DNA from: a virus
Taxonomy: Duplodnaviria > Caudoviricetes
Virus record (IMG/VR): IMGVR_UViG_3300011678_000001
Location: 205,791-269,790 of that record
DNA length: 64,000 nucleotides
Strand: one strand, 5' to 3'
Made by a program: the position numbers and the translations under genes. The notes beneath the pieces were generated by a model. That model was not told where the DNA came from. It worked only from the letters and a program-made list of their open reading frames with translations, and searched no databases. Of this stretch, positions 18,932 through 26,907 are shown one piece after another (the stretch's first letter is position 1; each line of letters opens with the position of its first letter).

Positions 18932-19555
18932 TTACGGGGTTGTAACAGGTCTACGGTTCATGCGGGGTTGACGGAAGAGCGGCCTGAATATGAACGAGGG
19001 AGTGAAAAATCGCCCGAAGGTGTCGCACTGAAGGTTATTCCAGGCTTCGTAGAAGACTGTGTCCGTGAGGCCTTCACGCATCACCCAAGGAATGACCTTC
19101 ACCGTACCTGTGCGATCACGAACATGCAGCTCACCCTGCTTGCCATTACGGATAACCACCAGTGACTCGATGTGGTCGACCTGTATGAGCTCAAACGGCA
19201 CCACCGGCACGATCCCTTCAATGTTCATGCGTCGGTGTAGGCCGATCAGATAGGCAGGGTGGTTCACGATCCGCCGTGACACCTTGGGAGCTTTACGGCC
19301 AATCGATGTGGAACCGGTTTTGCGCATCATTTCCTTGCGCTTCTTGCCGGCCCACCCTATCTTCAGGTCCTCTTCAGTGACCTTGTCAATCGCACTCAAA
19401 AACACGTTAACGCCAGACTGATCAGCATAACGGCGCAGTTTGGCAGTGAGTGCCTCATAGCTGGGTTTGCGGTACCCTCCATACATTAACGTCTGACGCT
19501 GCTGGCAACGAGACAGCTGAAACAGAGTGCGTTTAACATTCTCGGCGTAGGCCAT
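18932..19555 (-). CDS. basic hypothetical protein, tandem paralog B
   Basis: 207 aa with GAGGAG RBS; paralog of 18251..18895. Confidence 0.8.
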   Translation of the reverse strand: MAYAENVKRTLFQLSRCQQRQTLMYGGYRKPSYEALTAKLRRYADQSGVNVFLSAIDKVTEEDLKIGWAGKKRKEMMRKTGSTSIGRKAPKVSRRIVNHPAYLIGLHRRMNIEGIVPVVPFELIQVDHIESLVVIRNGKQGELHVRDRTGTVKVIPWVMREGLTDTVFYEAWNNLQCDTFGRFFTPSFIFRPLFRQPRMNRRPVTTP

Positions 19556-19565
19556 GTATCACTCC

Positions 19566-20270
19566 TCAGATCAGCAGGTTAGTCTGCAAGCCATCGTCAT
19601 CGGACTTGTCAAAGTCCTGAAGCTCTTTGGCCAGCTTCTGTGCCGCTTCCAGTGTCTTGGTTTCACGGAACTCGACTTGCAGGTCACGCCAGGAGGTGTA
19701 TTCCTGTTGGAACTCGAGGTTCTCGTGCTTGCCGTATTCGAGCTTGAGGTTGTTCAGTTGCACGTCGTAGTCGGCGTCTTCAGTGGCGAAGATGATCGAC
19801 TGATCGGACTTGGGTTCTACGATCCGCACCACACCCACCCGCGGAGGCAATACTTCGAAGGCAGGGTCGGTGACTTCCAACCACCAGTCCGGCACTGGGA
19901 ACTCATCGGTGAACTCGTAGCGGGAAACGTTCTCATCCATGACGACCATCTCGATCGCTTCTGGCCAGAAGGTCAGCAGTTCCTCACTGGATTCGACGTA
20001 GGCCATCAACTGCGCATGGGTATCGGCCATTTCAGTCAGCCAATACGGGTGCATGAAGGGCCAGGCAATCGGGCGGACATCCTGAGTATAGTCCGGGTCA
20101 TTGAGGTAACGCTCAGCGACTGGCAGCTTGAAAGTGATGAGCAGCAGGCGTGCGCCACCGGGTACATTGACGTAGTGGGTTTGGCCGGTCTTCTGCACAG
20201 GCTGCATGACGTACATGGGCTTACCATCGGCATCATAGATGGTGTTGGCGGGATCGTTACGACGGTTCAT
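19566..20270 (-). CDS. two-domain protein with a C-terminal catalytically dead GIY-YIG-like domain
   Basis: C-terminal KLEYGKHENLEFQQEYTSWRDLQVEF aligns to KLNRGVHDNHIFQRSYSGWHNIQIEY of endonuclease #1 but lacks the Tyr, Arg and Glu catalytic residues. Confidence 0.7.
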   Translation of the reverse strand: MNRRNDPANTIYDADGKPMYVMQPVQKTGQTHYVNVPGGARLLLITFKLPVAERYLNDPDYTQDVRPIAWPFMHPYWLTEMADTHAQLMAYVESSEELLTFWPEAIEMVVMDENVSRYEFTDEFPVPDWWLEVTDPAFEVLPPRVGVVRIVEPKSDQSIIFATEDADYDVQLNNLKLEYGKHENLEFQQEYTSWRDLQVEFRETKTLEAAQKLAKELQDFDKSDDDGLQTNLLI

Positions 20271-20299
20271 GGTGTGGCTCCTTCTGGGTGAGAATTAGG

Positions 20300-20719
20300 T
20301 TAAATATACGTGTCGAGGTAGTCTGTCAGCTGGTCCACCGTGTGAACAGGCCGATGCAGGCGGTTGTCACGGTCGGTCAGGTGAATAGCGATCTTGTGGG
20401 TGTCGGCTGCTTTGACCAACTTGTTCCACAACACGCTGTCACGGCTTTGTTCGTGAGGCTTGTGGTGTTCGCTGCTGTCATAGACGACGTACGTCTGATC
20501 GTCGCGGTCCATGAACCCGGCTGAGTAAAAGATGGTGCCGTCATGGTCGTGCTGATACAACTGGACGACTACGTAAGAATCGCCCAAGAGAGAACGGACC
20601 TTCTGGAACGGCACAATCAAATTGTGCAATGCCTGATCGGTGGACTCGGCAATCTTTTTCGCGAGCGCCTCGATTCCTTCGGGGGTTTTCACTGACTCGA
20701 TTAAAGTGGTGATTGTCAT
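20300..20719 (-). CDS. hypothetical protein
   Basis: 139 aa with GGAGG RBS. Confidence 0.7.
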   Translation of the reverse strand: MTITTLIESVKTPEGIEALAKKIAESTDQALHNLIVPFQKVRSLLGDSYVVVQLYQHDHDGTIFYSAGFMDRDDQTYVVYDSSEHHKPHEQSRDSVLWNKLVKAADTHKIAIHLTDRDNRLHRPVHTVDQLTDYLDTYI

Positions 20720-20729
20720 CCTTGCCTCC

Positions 20730-20762
20730 CGGCATAAGGACAGCGGGATTGCTCCCGCTGTC
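20730..20762. terminator. hairpin after phuZ
   Basis: GACAGCGGGA-TTGC-TCCCGCTGTC followed on the minus strand by CTTATGCCG. Confidence 0.6.
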
Positions 20763-20769
20763 GATCGGC

Positions 20770-21762
20770 TTAGAAGATCAGACCGGTGTCCGATGCTTCA
20801 TCGTTGTCGCCTGCAAAGGTCACGGCGCTGGCGCGGGTCTTGCGCTGCATTTCCATTTCCTTCTTCAGACTTTCCAGCTCGGTGCGGATCTCGGAGAACG
20901 AGGTGTTCTCGATACCGAAGAACAGGCTGGTGTTCGATTGCGCCACGGCTGGCATGAAGCCATCGCAGCTGTACGGCACGAAGATGCTCGGCTGAAGGTC
21001 GTCTTGATCGCGCTTGAGGTAGGCAGCCGAGATCGGGTCCTTCATGTTGGACTCAAAGCCCTTGATGGTGTCGTACACGTGGATGCGCGACAGTTGGGCC
21101 GGGACGTCCGTGGACTTGTTGAAGAACACGAAGCTCTTGATGTCTGCAGTATCGAGACCGTGGTTACGGCGGCTGCACAGCATCGCCAAGGAGGCGATCA
21201 TCAGGTGGGCTTCTTTGTCGATGGCCGAGCGCGGCACATCCGGACGGTTCATGCCGAACTGAATGACGACCGGCTTGTCGACCGCACGACTGATGGCATC
21301 GAGGGTCTTCATGGTGCCGATGGTGTTTTCAGCGGTCTTGATCGACTCGTACGAGCCGGTCACAACACCAACGGTCACATGGCCGTCTTCGAGCAGCTGC
21401 TTCATGATCAGCGGCCCAGCCACCGAACCCGTACCGCCGGAGGCGGTGAAGATTACGATGTTCAGGTCAGCAGGCTTGAACTTTCGCAGGATGTCCGGCA
21501 CCGCTTTGGCAATGGTCTTGTCATTGCTGTTGCGGATCTTGCCCGAGCCATCGAGGTCGGTGAAGAGCCAGGTGTTCTCGACCAGGCGATCATCGAGGTT
21601 GGAATCGGAGGTGTCGATGCAGGCCAGTTGGAAGTTGGCGATGTCGGCACTGTGGCCCTCGTGGAAGCTGAGGTATTCCTTACCGAGGTTGATTCCCCCA
21701 CCCCCGCACGCATACACCCTGATAGTACCCACGGGCCGAGTGCTTAGTCCTGTTGTTGTCAT
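20770..21762 (-). CDS. phuZ: PhuZ tubulin (phage spindle protein)
   Basis: ACGGGGINLG T1 loop, IDTS, GSGK, SGGTGS tubulin signature, LDTAD, and acidic C-tail ending DTGLIF. Confidence 0.95.
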   Translation of the reverse strand: MTTTGLSTRPVGTIRVYACGGGGINLGKEYLSFHEGHSADIANFQLACIDTSDSNLDDRLVENTWLFTDLDGSGKIRNSNDKTIAKAVPDILRKFKPADLNIVIFTASGGTGSVAGPLIMKQLLEDGHVTVGVVTGSYESIKTAENTIGTMKTLDAISRAVDKPVVIQFGMNRPDVPRSAIDKEAHLMIASLAMLCSRRNHGLDTADIKSFVFFNKSTDVPAQLSRIHVYDTIKGFESNMKDPISAAYLKRDQDDLQPSIFVPYSCDGFMPAVAQSNTSLFFGIENTSFSEIRTELESLKKEMEMQRKTRASAVTFAGDNDEASDTGLIF

Positions 21763-21794
21763 GTGTATCTCCTCACTATGGTAGTTACTGCTGA

Positions 21795-22493
21795 TTATTT
21801 AGATCGATTAATTCGACCGTGTAAGGTGGAGGTTGGAATGCCCAGAATCCTAGAAGCGTCAACTAGGCTCGGGTAACACACTCCTTCGTAAACTATTTCT
21901 TTCTTTCGACTTTCCGCCTGGCGGAGCTTAAGGTCTGGATCGTCAATGTACTTTTGCCGAAGTCCCTCTGAGACAGATCGTTTGGTTTCAACTGATCGCT
22001 GCCGCCCAACGTGTTTAGCTCTGAACTCCGGATCTTTCCACAATTCCTTAGAGCGCTCTGACTGTACCTGCCTGGCTGCTTCGTCGGAAAACTGGCGACG
22101 AGTAGCCTCGCTCAGCTTCCTCTTGGCCTCTTCAGGGACCGGGACACCTAATCCTGTTCGACGGGCATCGGTAGCTACGTTAAACAGTCTGCCTTGACTA
22201 TGGCCGGCGTCCAGCAAATGCTGTTCAATGTCAAGCGCTTCTTCTTTACTTTCGGCTTTAATGAAACCCAGGTCGAAACGAGGATCGTCATCATAAGCCT
22301 TTTGTAAATTTGGGTTCCGGTGAGTCCCGTCTTTCAAACGGTTCTTGTGCTGATTAATGCGGGTATATAGATTATGCGTGCTGCCGACATATGCCCTGCC
22401 TGTCTTTTGGTGAGTCAGGACATAAGCCGCTGGAAATGAATGTTCTTTCCTTGTCGGTTTGCCCCTCAGAGAAGCAAGAACTATGTCGTTCAT
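21795..22493 (-). CDS. free-standing GIY-YIG homing endonuclease #2, inserted at the phuZ 5' end
   Basis: AAYVLTHQKTGRAYVGST..RINQH..HRN..LDIEQ..LFN and C-terminal HTH YPSLVDASRILG; lower GC. Confidence 0.9.
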   Translation of the reverse strand: MNDIVLASLRGKPTRKEHSFPAAYVLTHQKTGRAYVGSTHNLYTRINQHKNRLKDGTHRNPNLQKAYDDDPRFDLGFIKAESKEEALDIEQHLLDAGHSQGRLFNVATDARRTGLGVPVPEEAKRKLSEATRRQFSDEAARQVQSERSKELWKDPEFRAKHVGRQRSVETKRSVSEGLRQKYIDDPDLKLRQAESRKKEIVYEGVCYPSLVDASRILGIPTSTLHGRINRSK

Positions 22494-22496
22494 CGC

Positions 22497-22571
22497 TTAC
22501 ACCCCTGTATTGTCCCCGCACGCAAAAATCCTGATAGTGCCTACGGGGCGAGTGGAGAGACCAGTACTCAT
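22497..22571 (-). pseudogene. orphaned 5' stub of phuZ (MSTGLSTRPVGTIRIFACGDNTGV*)
   Basis: 15 of 17 aa identical to PhuZ residues 4-20 (TGLSTRPVGTIRVYACG); has its own AAGGA RBS and the upstream promoter motif. Confidence 0.85.
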
Positions 22572-22633
22572 GGAGGATGTTCCTTCTTTGGGTTGCTTGG
22601 GTTGTGTTGGTTTAGAACGGGTATTGACGCAAG

Positions 22634-22661
22634 GATAATGTATCATTACATCGGATTCGAT
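22634..22661 (-). promoter_or_regulatory. putative early promoter ATCGA-N14-TACATTATC driving stub, endonuclease and phuZ
   Basis: Same motif and spacing as upstream of chmA. Confidence 0.65.
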
Positions 22662-22796
22662 TAGGTTCGTGGAAAATCTAAAGGGGTTAGAGCAGGGCTA
22701 CGGTCAGATCGTATGTATGAGGTCGGTATAACGACTTAATGAATTGTCTGCCCCGCCTACAAGTTTCATATTAACCATCCATTAGGAGAATTCATA

Positions 22797-23624
22797 ATGG
22801 TAGATTTAGTGACCGTGGCTCTTGACCGCGTTAAATTCGAGGTGCCCTCGGAGGTGCTGCGCTATACATTCTCTCCGACCCGTTACGATCCCTCCAAGGA
22901 AGGGTTGATCCGTGACTTCAGTACCGGTATCAGCAATGACACCGTGATCCGGCGTCAGGTCGTAGAAGCCCGCGTGCTGGTGGACATCAACCTCTGCACC
23001 GGTGTGGAGGTGTTCATTCCACTGGTCAATGTGCAAGCTGATCGCATTGACAACTGGACGTACGTCTACCGTATCCCGAAAGAACTGACCCAAGGTCGCA
23101 GCATTACCGAAGTGTACGGCTTGGCTTACGGCATGGGCAATACGCTGGGCAATGTGGGAGTGATCTCAGAAGACCGTTCGATGGTGTTGGAAGCCGCGGC
23201 CGGGTTGCTGCAATCCAATTCGGCGTGGACTCAGGTCCAGACGGCGTACTGCACACTCGTGGCGGACAATACGGTCATGGTCACTAACATGAACCGTGTA
23301 CCGGGCATTGCCTTCTTGCGCTGCATGGTCAGTCATGAACCGAACCTTGCCAACATCTCAAACATCTACGCCGATGTCTTCAGCGAATTGGTGATCCTGG
23401 CCACCAAAGCGTTCATCTACAACCGAACCATTATCCAGCTGGATGAGGGTGCGATTCGAGGTGGTGCGTCGCTCGGGCGGATTCGTGAGATCGTTGACTC
23501 CTACGCTGATTCTAACCAGATGTACAAAGAGCATCTGCGGGACCGTTGGCGGAAAGCAGGCACTATGGCGAACAAAGAACAGAACCGTCGCCTTATGCGC
23601 TATACTGTTGGGTCACGCAGGTGA
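22797..23624 (+). CDS. conserved Chimalliviridae protein, probably virion structural
   Basis: 275 aa with AGGAG RBS; upstream TATG elements suggest a late promoter. Family recognised from memory only. Confidence 0.65.
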   Translation: MVDLVTVALDRVKFEVPSEVLRYTFSPTRYDPSKEGLIRDFSTGISNDTVIRRQVVEARVLVDINLCTGVEVFIPLVNVQADRIDNWTYVYRIPKELTQGRSITEVYGLAYGMGNTLGNVGVISEDRSMVLEAAAGLLQSNSAWTQVQTAYCTLVADNTVMVTNMNRVPGIAFLRCMVSHEPNLANISNIYADVFSELVILATKAFIYNRTIIQLDEGAIRGGASLGRIREIVDSYADSNQMYKEHLRDRWRKAGTMANKEQNRRLMRYTVGSRR

Positions 23625-23676
23625 CAAAAGAAAAATGAACTAGGAGGAGAGGGGAGTCTCTCCCCTCTCTATGCCG
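23625..23676. terminator. bidirectional terminator with TATGCCG
   Basis: A-tract, GAGAGGGGAG-TCT-CTCCCCTCTC, TATGCCG, between convergent genes. Confidence 0.7.
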
Positions 23677-23682
23677 CCTCAC

Positions 23683-24375
23683 TTATCTTTCTTCATGATT
23701 TTTCTGTCGTCTGAACCTACTAACAAGAGTATAGTAGTTAATACCTGTTTGAGCGGCGGCTTCCTTGATGCTGGAGTAATGGACCCCATCTATGGTTACT
23801 GGTCTGGATAAGGCAGCAGCCATTTTGGCTTTATGTGCCGGATCGTCCATCATCTTCTTCGCTCTAGCTGCCTGGGCTGATTTTAGATCTGGATCGTTCA
23901 TGACTACTTTCATTTTCTCTGAAAGCCTTGCTCGAAAAACAGGGTCTACATTCTTGACTTTAGCCTGCTCTAATAAAACCTTACGGACCTCTTCCGATAC
24001 AGTCTTACCTGCCATGGAGCGTCTTGCATCGGTTGCAATATTGAAAAGATCATTGCAAACGTGCCCTTCATCCAGCAATTGCTGTTCCAAGTCAAGGGCT
24101 TTCTCTTTGCTATCGGTGAGAATGGCCGACAGATCAAAACGAGCATTGTTATTGTAGGCTTCTTGCAAGGGTCGGTTATCGTGAGTGCCTGCTTTGAGTC
24201 GAGACTTATGTAGACACACTCGATTATAAAGATTCACCGTGCTACCTACATAACGCTTCCCAGTCGAAGGGTGAGACAGTACGTATGCAGCAGGGACTGC
24301 ATGATCCTTTAAACTGAGGGAGGTAATTGGAGAGGCGACCGCCGGTGGCTGTCTGGACTGATCATTCTCGATCAT
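23683..24375 (-). CDS. free-standing GIY-YIG homing endonuclease #3
   Basis: AAYVLSHPSTGKRYVGST..RVCLH..HDN..LDLEQ..LFNIATDARR and HTH YSSIKEAAAQTG. Start 24375 has a GGAG RBS; alternative start 24423. Confidence 0.9.
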   Translation of the reverse strand: MIENDQSRQPPAVASPITSLSLKDHAVPAAYVLSHPSTGKRYVGSTVNLYNRVCLHKSRLKAGTHDNRPLQEAYNNNARFDLSAILTDSKEKALDLEQQLLDEGHVCNDLFNIATDARRSMAGKTVSEEVRKVLLEQAKVKNVDPVFRARLSEKMKVVMNDPDLKSAQAARAKKMMDDPAHKAKMAAALSRPVTIDGVHYSSIKEAAAQTGINYYTLVSRFRRQKNHEER

Positions 24376-24449
24376 TGCGGTATCTCCGTAGGATGTAACG
24401 GTATCATTCAGATTATGAGTCATTTGCGTATTTCTTTACAAGGGTTGAG

Positions 24450-24495
24450 AAAAAAGAAAGGACAGAGGGGAGCCCTTCGGCTCCCCTTTATGCCG
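24450..24495 (-). terminator. intrinsic terminator with TATGCCG
   Basis: AGGGGAGCC-CTTC-GGCTCCCCT stem; T-tract on the minus strand. Confidence 0.7.
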
Positions 24496-24501
24496 ACAGA
24501 C

Positions 24502-24837
24502 TTAACCAATTGCGGGTTCCTTATCTTTACCGATGATGCAGATTATGCCCACGACAGCGCACAGTAACGCAACGATTAAGACAGCCCAATGACGGTCATG
24601 CCAAATCATCAGAGCGCCCAATATCGTCAACAAGGTCCAGTTAATGACCGCGATGTAGTTGTAGCTAAACACCGTGTATTTAATGGCCCAGCGGATCAAT
24701 GCCGCGTACGCTTTAAATTCCATTCGATACGCACTGCGCATGACCACATACCACCCGATCAACATGACGATGCAGTAGGTAACAAACGCCAACGTGATAA
24801 AATCCGCCCAATATGCTAAGTCAATCATGACAGGCAT
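24502..24837 (-). CDS. small multi-pass membrane protein
   Basis: 111 aa with about 3 hydrophobic segments. Confidence 0.7.
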   Translation of the reverse strand: MPVMIDLAYWADFITLAFVTYCIVMLIGWYVVMRSAYRMEFKAYAALIRWAIKYTVFSYNYIAVINWTLLTILGALMIWHDRHWAVLIVALLCAVVGIICIIGKDKEPAIG

Positions 24838-24896
24838 CCTTGCTAAGTTAATGAGAGGACAGTCCCGAAGGACTGTCCCGTTAAGCTGACACTCGA

Positions 24897-25034
24897 TCAG
24901 ACTGCCGCAGCAGTCTTCTTGGTGACCTTGATCGAGAACTTGGTGCTGGTGAATTCCGACTCGATGTCGTAGTTCTTCAGCACGTAGTCAGTCAGTGCGC
25001 AGCCGACAACAACACCGGCAAATGCTTTCCACAT
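24897..25034 (-). CDS. 45-aa protein with hydrophobic N-terminus
   Basis: Below the ORF-track cutoff. MWKAFAGVVVGCALTDYVLKNYDIESEFTSTKFSIKVTKKTAAAV; AAGGAG RBS; biased codons. Confidence 0.7.
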   Translation of the reverse strand: MWKAFAGVVVGCALTDYVLKNYDIESEFTSTKFSIKVTKKTAAAV

Positions 25035-25045
25035 GATGCTACTCC

Positions 25046-25189
25046 TTACGTTGGTTGAGGGGCTTCTTCGGAGGAAGAAGGTTCGGGTTGAGCTTCAGGC
25101 TGCTTGGCTTCAGCAGCTTGTAGCTTCTTCTGGTGGGCATTGACACCGATGATGACGCCAATAGCCACGCCAATGAGGAACGATTTCAT
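25046..25189 (-). CDS. 47-aa N-terminally anchored membrane protein
   Basis: MKSFLIGVAIGVIIGVNAHQKKLQAAEAKQPEAQPEPSSSEEAPQPT; AGGAG RBS; GxxxGxxxG pattern. Confidence 0.72.
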   Translation of the reverse strand: MKSFLIGVAIGVIIGVNAHQKKLQAAEAKQPEAQPEPSSSEEAPQPT

Positions 25190-25225
25190 AACGCTGTTAC
25201 TCCTGTTACAGGTGGATGCAGCGGG

Positions 25226-25600
25226 TTAGGCTGCTTTGAGAAACGGCTCAGACACAGCGCGGGTGATGTACGCCACGCTGGCTGCACCTTCAGGACCCAT
25301 GGCTTCCAGGGTCTCTTTCAGGCCCGCAATGACTTCAGCCGCTTGGGCGTCATCTTCCATTTCCGGATAGATCACGCCGTTACGGATAATCGAATCTTTG
25401 AAGAACAGCGCAGGGTTGTTCTTGAACTGCTCAACGACCATGTTCACGAATTCGCCTTCAACCAGCGATTCGTTTTCATAGGGCTTCATGACATCCAGCA
25501 CCTTCTCTACCCGAGTCAACAGAATCGGAGCGAAGGTGAACGGAGCCATGGTTTCGGTGAACAGAGTCTGCAGGTGGGCTTTAGCGATGGACAGTTCCAT
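25226..25600 (-). CDS. acidic hypothetical protein, first gene of putative early operon A
   Basis: 124 aa with AAGGAG RBS, directly behind the promoter repeat. Confidence 0.8.
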   Translation of the reverse strand: MELSIAKAHLQTLFTETMAPFTFAPILLTRVEKVLDVMKPYENESLVEGEFVNMVVEQFKNNPALFFKDSIIRNGVIYPEMEDDAQAAEVIAGLKETLEAMGPEGAASVAYITRAVSEPFLKAA

Positions 25601-25634
25601 GGTGTTCTCCTTAAGAACGGGGGTATGATAGGAG

Positions 25635-25690
25635 GATCATTCTTCCTATTCACTGTTACTATGTATTGTCAAAAATATTTCGAATCGAAT
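25635..25690 (-). repeat. promoter/leader repeat, copy 1 (34 bp identical to 47464-47497)
   Basis: GATCATTCTTCCTATTCACTGTTACTATGTATTG plus a similar AAAAATATT(T)CGAATCGAAT; contains TTCGA-N14-TACATAGT on the minus strand. Confidence 0.85.
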
Positions 25691-25738
25691 CGACACGGCA
25701 TAAGGGGAGGGCACGTGCCCTCCCCAGTATGTTGACGG

Positions 25739-26245
25739 TTAGTCTTTGTTGAACCATTCCACGCCGGTGTAGTACCCGCGGAACAGGTCACGCTTAGCAC
25801 TGACCATGCAGCGCACGTTACCGTGCAGCTTGTTCTCGAACACCGAGCACATGTCCTTGAAGGTCATGAGGGTCGAGCCGATGTAACGGATGTCGTGACC
25901 GATATCACGCGCAGCAGGCTCTGCCATGGTTGGGGTGATTTCACACAGGCGCTCGTAGGCCTGGATGTCGTCGATGAACAACTTGAGCAGGTCCTCTTGG
26001 GTCATGCGCAGGGTGCGGTCGTATTCGCGGCTGACTTCTTTCAGGGTCTGGGTCACGAACTTGTCGCCCCAACTGTCCCGGATGAAGACCATCAGTTTCG
26101 GATACGCCTTGTCCACCTGCTCCGCTTGGCGGCTGACCAAGAAGGACAGCGGGATGTATGCCAGGGCTTCTTTGGCCCACGCATGCTTGGTCGAAACCAA
26201 GTTAACGTAACGTACATACTCACGGATCGCTTTATTCAGGCTCAT
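25739..26245 (-). CDS. hypothetical protein
   Basis: 168 aa with genome-typical codons; followed by hairpin 25703-25725 and TATGCCG. Confidence 0.75.
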   Translation of the reverse strand: MSLNKAIREYVRYVNLVSTKHAWAKEALAYIPLSFLVSRQAEQVDKAYPKLMVFIRDSWGDKFVTQTLKEVSREYDRTLRMTQEDLLKLFIDDIQAYERLCEITPTMAEPAARDIGHDIRYIGSTLMTFKDMCSVFENKLHGNVRCMVSAKRDLFRGYYTGVEWFNKD

Positions 26246-26349
26246 GCTGCTTGTTCTCTAGGTTAAGTGTGGTCGCCCGAAAGGATGATAGGGCAATGTC
26301 AAACCATTGTCCCCTAACGGTAAATAAAACCACACTGACCTATCACTGT

Positions 26350-26763
26350 TCAACGGAACTCATGGTCCCCATCGACCCTGGGATTCACCCCAATGGCCGT
26401 CAGGTGTTCACGCAGTTCGATGAGACGCTCTTCAATGCTGACTTTGACCTTACCCTCGTTGATCACAAGGACCGGGATGCCTTCGGCCGCGTTCTCAGGT
26501 TTGCCCTTGTAGTAGAACAGTACCTGTGGTTGGGGACCACGCGTTACCTCGTTATCCGGAACGATCCCGTTGTTTGAGGCATTCTGTTCCTGAGAGACCT
26601 GAGCCCCCAAGGGAAGGACTTGGGCTGCGTAGCCGAGTTCTGCGATGCGTCCTGCGGTCAGGGTGACGTTCTCATCCCAGTCTTGGACCAGTAGCCCTAC
26701 GATGGGGGCTTTAGGTTCACCGATAGGGGAGAGGATGTCTTCAAGCGATGCAAAGTAATTCAT
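26350..26763 (-). CDS. hypothetical protein
   Basis: Likely start MNYFAS at 26763 (AGGA RBS); 137 aa. Confidence 0.55.
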   Translation of the reverse strand: MNYFASLEDILSPIGEPKAPIVGLLVQDWDENVTLTAGRIAELGYAAQVLPLGAQVSQEQNASNNGIVPDNEVTRGPQPQVLFYYKGKPENAAEGIPVLVINEGKVKVSIEERLIELREHLTAIGVNPRVDGDHEFR

Positions 26764-26907
26764 GGGAGGTATTTCCTGAGCCAAATAGAGAATCGGCAAC
26801 CTAAGGTGGTGTGCTTGCCTGTCTGGGTAATGTCCCACAATGGTCACAGTACAGACGGACAGGAGGAGGGATTGGCAGCTTGGGTGGTTGGGGCTTGATC
26901 ACGGGAG

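Noticed and set aside
21763-22520. Possible group I intron joining the phuZ stub to the phuZ body
   Set aside because: Only about 20-30 nt flank the nuclease ORF, with no P/Q/R/S core, and the downstream phuZ has its own RBS, ATG and full N-terminus.
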